From positions 5,060 through 69,059 of IMG/VR virus record IMGVR_UViG_3300044737_000031: a DNA stretch of 64,000 nucleotides. The stretch is one strand, 5' to 3'. The translations under genes were made by a program, and so were the position numbers. Within the stretch, counting starts at the first letter, position 1. The number at the start of each line of letters is the position of its first letter. Below, piece by piece: positions 59,015-64,000 of this stretch. Below the pieces are notes generated by a model that made no database searches, was not told the DNA's origin, and saw only the letters and a program-made list of their open reading frames with translations. The stretch comes from a virus.

Positions 59015-59868
59015 TTGGATTGATCCGATGGCGATTCGTTGGCCCCCTCAAGATCACGCCGGCGCTTTTCGGGATGCTTGGTGATATTGACTAACGAGCC
59101 ATCCGGCATGCGCTGGAAAATCTCGTTGCGCGCTTGGCTGCCGATCAGTACGCCGGGCATCATTGAGGATGGCACGGCCGCGGTATCCAATTGATCGGTT
59201 TCACACCACCGTATTTCAGTGAACGGCAAGCGCCCTTCGCAAATCTCGCGCTCGTAATCAACCAAATCCACATCACCATCCGGGCGCGTCATTAGTACGA
59301 TCGGCTGTTGCGGCCCGAATGCGTCAAGCTTTGCCACGTAATCAGGATCACTTTCCAGTAAGTCTGTATTTGGTTCCGGCAAACGCACCACCTTGAGCCG
59401 TAGCGCCTCACTAAACAGGCCGGCCACACGCAGCCGGATTTCCGGCAATTGCAATTCCTCAAGGTGATACGGCAACAGTGGCGGCCGAATGTGCCCAAAC
59501 CTTTCTGGCTGATCATCGGCAAGCTCGCGCCAGATATACACCATGGCGTGCCCGGCAATCGAAAGATCACTCAAGCCGGCGCACGGCGGATGCTTGCGCA
59601 ACGCGTCTTGAATCAACCCGGATTTGTAGGCGATGCGCCAAAGCAATTCGTACCGATCTTGCGCCTCTGGCAACATATTTTTGTGCATTTGCTGCCATGC
59701 ATCGGTCTGGATGAATGTGAGCCACGAAGGATTGATGGCGCGTTGGGCCAATGCGCTCATCTGTTTATGGATGATTTGCTTGGCCAATGGCGTTTCCAAA
59801 ACCACTTGGTTTAAATCCACTTTCTCGCGTGGATCAAGGTGGCGTGAATTGCGTGCGGGTTTCTTCAT
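59011..59868 (-). CDS. hypothetical protein
   Basis: 285-aa ORF with CCGCAC leader. Confidence 0.65.
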   Translation of the reverse strand: MKKPARNSRHLDPREKVDLNQVVLETPLAKQIIHKQMSALAQRAINPSWLTFIQTDAWQQMHKNMLPEAQDRYELLWRIAYKSGLIQDALRKHPPCAGLSDLSIAGHAMVYIWRELADDQPERFGHIRPPLLPYHLEELQLPEIRLRVAGLFSEALRLKVVRLPEPNTDLLESDPDYVAKLDAFGPQQPIVLMTRPDGDVDLVDYEREICEGRLPFTEIRWCETDQLDTAAVPSSMMPGVLIGSQARNEIFQRMPDGSLVNITKHPEKRRRDLEGANESPSDQSK

Positions 59869-59962
59869 TTGTTGTGCGGTGGGTTGAGTTTAAAAACATC
59901 GATAGCAAAAAGAGCGCCCACGATCAACGGCAACGCGGCCAGCGCCCATGTGCCGGCATCGA

Positions 59963-60433
59963 TCAGCGTTTGCACGATTGCTTGAGCTTGAGGTTATGCA
60001 ACATGGCCAGCGCTTTCACCGCGCTGCCGAATTCGGCCACGAGTTGCCGCGCCAACGGCCGATTGATTGCGCGTTGGCGGGCCAGCTTGACGCGCCGGAC
60101 AATGGCGGCCGCGCGCACGCCATGGTTGAGGTATTCGGCCACGGCAATGGCAAACTCGCGCACCGATCTTTGCCCGCGGCTACTGTTGCACCGGCTGCAT
60201 GCGGTGATCAGGTTGGTGGTTTTATTACTTCCGCCTTGGCCCACTGTCTTGATGTGATCAAGCGTTAGGCGCGCGCCATCCAGTAGCGATGCCGTGCAAT
60301 AAATGCACTGCATGTGATCACGAAGATAAATGGCAAGCCTTCTGTCTTGCCGTATCCAGTTGGCCCCGTGCCAGCCGTTTGCCCGCGCGCATCCGCGGTT
60401 GTGTGGCAGTTTTCTTAATTTTCCGCGCCACAT
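59963..60433 (-). CDS. HNH endonuclease
   Basis: IYLRD..CIYC...TLDHI...GG.N...NLITACSRCNSSRG. Confidence 0.88.
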   Translation of the reverse strand: MWRGKLRKLPHNRGCARANGWHGANWIRQDRRLAIYLRDHMQCIYCTASLLDGARLTLDHIKTVGQGGSNKTTNLITACSRCNSSRGQRSVREFAIAVAEYLNHGVRAAAIVRRVKLARQRAINRPLARQLVAEFGSAVKALAMLHNLKLKQSCKR

Positions 60434-60503
60434 GATTCATTGGCCGGCAACCCGATGATTGCGCCGGCGTCCTGTATTTCTTCCAACGTTGCCTCGGTGT
60501 CCA

Positions 60504-61154
60504 TCATTTTCGCCGGCGTTTCACCGGCCCGTTGGTTTCCCGGTCAATCCGTTTCCTGATTTTGTCGGATCGTTCCTTGGCCCGCTCGCGCTTGCGCCTG
60601 TTGCGCTCGTTGATGGCCGCTTGCGCTTCCATGCGTGCCCGCCATGCGTAAACATCATGCCACGCCACTTGATAGCCTTTGCGCCGGCCCTTGAGCTTTA
60701 AAACCATTTGCTCGCCGGGCATCAACACGATCACGATTGGCCGGCAATTTTTCCCGGTGCCGTACGGCTCGGTGCCGTCCCGGCGGATCGGATGCTTAAC
60801 CGTTCGATCCCGTTGCCGGCGCTCGCGCAAGATTTGAAACAACCCCGTGGCTTGATCTTGCACGCATTCGAAACCAACGTTTCCGCCCTTTACCCACTTG
60901 CCATATTTATGGGCGTGCAACTCATCAAACATGCGCGTGGCCTCGGATGGCGTACCACCGCATGCGTATTCTTTGCGCTCTTTCATTTAGGGTAAGCGTG
61001 GGGTGACGTACAGCCGCGCGTTGCCGTCTCGGAGTGAGGCCATGATTTGCCGCTGCCAGTACCAACGATCCAATTTTGAGCCGCGTTGCGTGGCCGCCCA
61101 ATTGACTAACGAAACGTGCGCATCAAAGCGTGTGTAAGTGCGATAGATTTTCAT
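60504..61154 (-). CDS. two hypothetical ORFs (60504-60986; 60987-61154, 55 aa, not in the track)
   Basis: TAAATG junction; conserved A/C leader at 61154. Confidence 0.6.
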
Positions 61155-61224
61155 TTTGATTTTTGAAGTTGAAGGCCGCCGAGGTTTGGGCCGGTGTTAC
61201 CCGGCCCGCCCCTCGATGACAAAT

Positions 61225-61875
61225 TTAGCCGAGTGACGTTGCAACCACTTCCTCTGTGGTCACTTCCTTGATGATTTCGAAATCCGAATTGGCGTAATGT
61301 TTCCGGCCCTCGTAAACCGATGCGCGCAATTCCTTGATGTGGTCGGCAGCTTGAGCCGCGCCGTAAACTTGGCCCGCGCCGAGCTTGCCCTTGTCCTGTA
61401 GTGACAGCCGATTGTGATACTTTGAATACCCGCTTGCACAAAAGGAACTGGATTCCCCCTTGATCCTGATAAAGAAACGCGTGCGCGTAACCGGCTCGGT
61501 TGCGGCCGGTAATTCATGGTGCGTGCATGAGCCATCGCAATAAACGGTTTGGCCGTTGGGATCGAACGGGCCGGCGGGGTGGCCCTCGCATTTCTTGGCC
61601 GCCGCTTCAACCTCGGTTAGTAATTCCATGCCGGCCTTGGTGATCCAACACACGTTGTCTTTGCCGGTGCCTTGGCTGCCAGCCAATCCCTTTTTGATCA
61701 ACGATCCCAATACCGCGTTATCGGCCACCGATGTGCACACACTCCAAACCGGATTGTTAATCGGATCACGGCCATCGTGGTAATCACTGCTACGAATCAA
61801 CGTGAGTATCAGGTACTCCCTATCGGTGATTGGTTGCGTCCGCGCGCCCGCTGTTGTTTTGATTACTGTTGTCAT
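61225..61875 (-). CDS. hypothetical protein with winged-helix-like N-terminus
   Basis: TDREYLIL...VLGSLIKKGLAG...CWITKAG; starts inside repeat copy 2. Confidence 0.6.
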   Translation of the reverse strand: MTTVIKTTAGARTQPITDREYLILTLIRSSDYHDGRDPINNPVWSVCTSVADNAVLGSLIKKGLAGSQGTGKDNVCWITKAGMELLTEVEAAAKKCEGHPAGPFDPNGQTVYCDGSCTHHELPAATEPVTRTRFFIRIKGESSSFCASGYSKYHNRLSLQDKGKLGAGQVYGAAQAADHIKELRASVYEGRKHYANSDFEIIKEVTTEEVVATSLG

Positions 61876-61933
61876 CGTGCCAGCATCATAAGCCGCTTAT
61901 GATACCGCGCAACGCTTTTTTTCAACTATTTTT
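61868..61933 (-). repeat. 66-bp direct repeat copy 2: promoter plus palindrome B
   Basis: Identical to 57687-57752; overlaps the helicase stop codon. Confidence 0.9.
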
Positions 61934-63593
61934 GCGCCGGGAAAAGCATCCCCTGAGCGGCCTTTTTCACTTGGTCAAACCCGCGGGCCGCTACCTCTGG
62001 CGATATCTTTTTGCGGTTGGGCCGGTATCCCTTGGCCATGACAAGAAATGTCATCTTGCTGGCCTCTTTCTTTGTCATCCGGGCCAAGTGCTCAAAGCCA
62101 AACTTGCGCAGATATCGCATTTGTTTAAACGAGCACAACCCGGCGGCCGCGCGTGCCTCGGCACATCGCAAGATTGCTTCCGCGTGCCCGGTGTTTGTCA
62201 CCGATCGTACGTCAACGCCGATCCGCGCCAGCGCTTCCGCTTGTGCCGCGGTATATGGCCGGTACTCCCATTCATCGGCCGGGCGATAATTGGCCAAATC
62301 GATTTCCTCGGCCGTCTCGGCCAATTGGATCACGTCAAAAAATCGGCCGGTGTCGCCCGCATGCCGGCGTATCTCATCAATAATCTCGGCCTCAACCTCG
62401 GCCGCCACCGATTCGTTAGTGGCTTGCAAGTCCAGCGCCAAGCCGGCTTGTTGGAATCGTTGCATCAACGCCTTGCTCACCCGCTCGTTGCTCGTGATCA
62501 GATTGGCCGGCGTTTGTAACCCGTGCTTTTCGTACTGCCACAAGAAATCCAACAACAGTAAATCCTTTTTCGCTTCCACGTGCTCGCACGCTTCCGGGCA
62601 ACCTTGCGGGCAAAACAATCGCGTACCGCGCCCAACCATTTGCCGGAAAAAGCTTGGCGATTTGGTGGGCCGCAAAATCGTGATGCAAGAAATGGACGGC
62701 TCATCAAACCCGCGCGCCCAAAGCATCGCGTTGCTGATCACTTGAATCTCGTGATCCTTGAACCGCTGGCGCAATTGCTTTCGATCCGATGAATCCCCAT
62801 CGATGTGCGCCGCGTTAATTCCGTTATCAAGCGCCACGCTCGTGAATTGTTTGGATGATTCGCGCAACGGATGAAATACGAGGTTTTGCCGATCCGGTGC
62901 GTACATTTGGATCGATTGGCAAACGGCCTCAAAAAATGGCGTGATGGCGGCCGCCAAATCCTTTTCCTTAAAATCGCCCTTGGTGGCCTTCACTCCATTC
63001 AAATCGATTTTAAGCGGCACCGTGCGCACCTTGACGCGCACCAAGTAACCCATGCGGATCAATTCGAACATCGGCACATCATCAAACACGTGCTCGTAAT
63101 AGTTCATCACGTTGAGTGAATCCGAGCGCTCTGGCGTGGCCGTCACACCGCACACGCGCGCGAATGGATCAAAGTATTTCAACACGCTTTGCCATTCGGG
63201 CGAAACGCTCCGGTCACATTCATCCACCACAACGAGTTGGAATTTGTCCGGCGGATATTCTTTCATCCGGCCGGCCATCGTTTGCATGGTGGCCACGATG
63301 ATTTCGGCCGAGCCAGTTGGCCGGCGTGATCCTTGCAACACTTCCGCGTACCGCCCGCATGACTCAAATATTTTCTCAACCGCCTGATCAACCAATTCCA
63401 GCATATCCACGAGGATCAACACCGGCTTGGTCTTTTCCCAATGCTTCAACGCGTGATCGGCCAGCATGGAAAAACAAATCGTTTTCCCGCCACCGGTGCC
63501 CATCGTGCCGAGTTGCCGGCGATATCCTTTATCAACAAACCCGGCAACAGCGCGCTCAACGAATACGCGTTGATACTCGCGCGGTGTGATCAT
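61926..63593 (-). CDS. SF2 DEAD/DEAH-box helicase
   Basis: PREYQ, GTGGGKT, VVDECD, GVTATPER, RGFDEP, QMVGRGTR. Confidence 0.93.
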   Translation of the reverse strand: MITPREYQRVFVERAVAGFVDKGYRRQLGTMGTGGGKTICFSMLADHALKHWEKTKPVLILVDMLELVDQAVEKIFESCGRYAEVLQGSRRPTGSAEIIVATMQTMAGRMKEYPPDKFQLVVVDECDRSVSPEWQSVLKYFDPFARVCGVTATPERSDSLNVMNYYEHVFDDVPMFELIRMGYLVRVKVRTVPLKIDLNGVKATKGDFKEKDLAAAITPFFEAVCQSIQMYAPDRQNLVFHPLRESSKQFTSVALDNGINAAHIDGDSSDRKQLRQRFKDHEIQVISNAMLWARGFDEPSISCITILRPTKSPSFFRQMVGRGTRLFCPQGCPEACEHVEAKKDLLLLDFLWQYEKHGLQTPANLITSNERVSKALMQRFQQAGLALDLQATNESVAAEVEAEIIDEIRRHAGDTGRFFDVIQLAETAEEIDLANYRPADEWEYRPYTAAQAEALARIGVDVRSVTNTGHAEAILRCAEARAAAGLCSFKQMRYLRKFGFEHLARMTKKEASKMTFLVMAKGYRPNRKKISPEVAARGFDQVKKAAQGMLFPAQK

Positions 63594-63776
63594 TTAACGA
63601 TGTTCATGGCCGCATCTTGTGCATGCCCACGCGATGTGGCCGGCGGCATCGGTGGCAAGCTCGCGCAATTGCTGGCATCCGCATTTGGCGCAATGCTTTG
63701 GCGCGGCCGGCCGCTGATGCACGATGCTAGGCAAGCCGATCACGCGCGAGCTTACAAACTCCCGCCGGTCATTCAT
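63594..63776 (-). CDS. small zinc-ribbon protein
   Basis: CAKCG...WACTRCG. Confidence 0.6.
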   Translation of the reverse strand: MNDRREFVSSRVIGLPSIVHQRPAAPKHCAKCGCQQLRELATDAAGHIAWACTRCGHEHR

Positions 63777-63946
63777 GGCGCGGCAACGGCCGTGCGTTTG
63801 GTTTTCGGTTTCTTGGCGCGCTTGGCCTCGCGTGCTTCCACCATGCGCCGGGCATCGGCCGCGGAAAGTTTGCGCCGGCTATTAGTGCCGCCTACTGATC
63901 CGATCTTGGCTAAGTGCTCGCGCACTGATTGCGGTAACGTGCTCAT
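63773..63946 (-). CDS. small basic protein with KGG-like motif (57 aa, not in the track)
   Basis: MSTLPQSVREHLAKIGSVGGTNSRRKLSAADARRMVEAREAKR...; ATGA-coupled downstream; conserved leader. Confidence 0.7.
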   Translation of the reverse strand: MSTLPQSVREHLAKIGSVGGTNSRRKLSAADARRMVEAREAKRAKKPKTKRTAVAAP

Positions 63947-63964
63947 TTGATATTTTGAAGTTGA

Positions 63965-63993
63965 ATCATAAGCCGCTTACGCTGGATGGGCAA
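63965..63993 (-). promoter_or_regulatory. promoter TTGCCC-17-TATGAT with partial palindrome B
   Basis: ATCATAAGCCGCTTA (15 of 19 nt) overlapping the -10 box. Confidence 0.7.
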
Positions 63994-64000
63994 GCGGTTT

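Noticed and set aside
50224-59920. Shared AAAGAGCGCCCA upstream of terS and of the 59868 gene
   Set aside because: Only two 12-bp copies; too weak to call without more instances
57687-61933. 66-bp repeats as attL/attR or as DGR template/variable repeats
   Set aside because: No integrase or reverse transcriptase in the window, copies are identical with no adenine-specific differences, and they contain promoter elements
1-64000. Many plus-strand ORFs in the track (e.g. 7420-8289, 29462-30190, 46694-47515)
   Set aside because: They are antisense shadows of well-supported minus-strand genes in GC-rich DNA and show no recognisable motifs
1-64000. Stop-codon reassignment
   Set aside because: Core genes are intact under the standard code and all three stop codons terminate genes

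Overview
The window is a 64-kb internal segment of a GC-rich tailed phage (siphovirus-type) genome, with essentially every credible gene on the minus strand. In transcription order (right to left) it holds: small regulatory and early genes with an SF2 helicase, two HNH proteins, ASCH, DUF1643 and RNase H; small and large terminase; about 9.5 kb of accessory genes separating terminase from portal; portal; a MuF minor head protein with a C-terminal HExxH domain; a second accessory insert; scaffold, major capsid, neck and tail-tube genes; a lambda-like tail tip (tape measure, M, L, K, I, J); fibre and adhesin genes; a stand-alone response-regulator receiver; a DxD glycosyltransferase-like gene; and a lysis region whose only hydrolase is GH75 chitosanase-like. 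A HerA-like ATPase runs off the left edge. The most unusual signals are: (1) several virion-type fibre/decoration proteins begin with classical Sec signal peptides; (2) the tape measure carries an ~850-aa Pro/Gly-rich repeat insert between duplicated motifs; (3) one protein carries a SufB/SufD-like C-terminal motif; (4) two families of palindromic operator-like sites and non-Shine-Dalgarno leader motifs recur. I recognised no tRNA, rRNA, CRISPR array, integrase or polymerase. All family assignments come from motif recognition by eye, not database searches.
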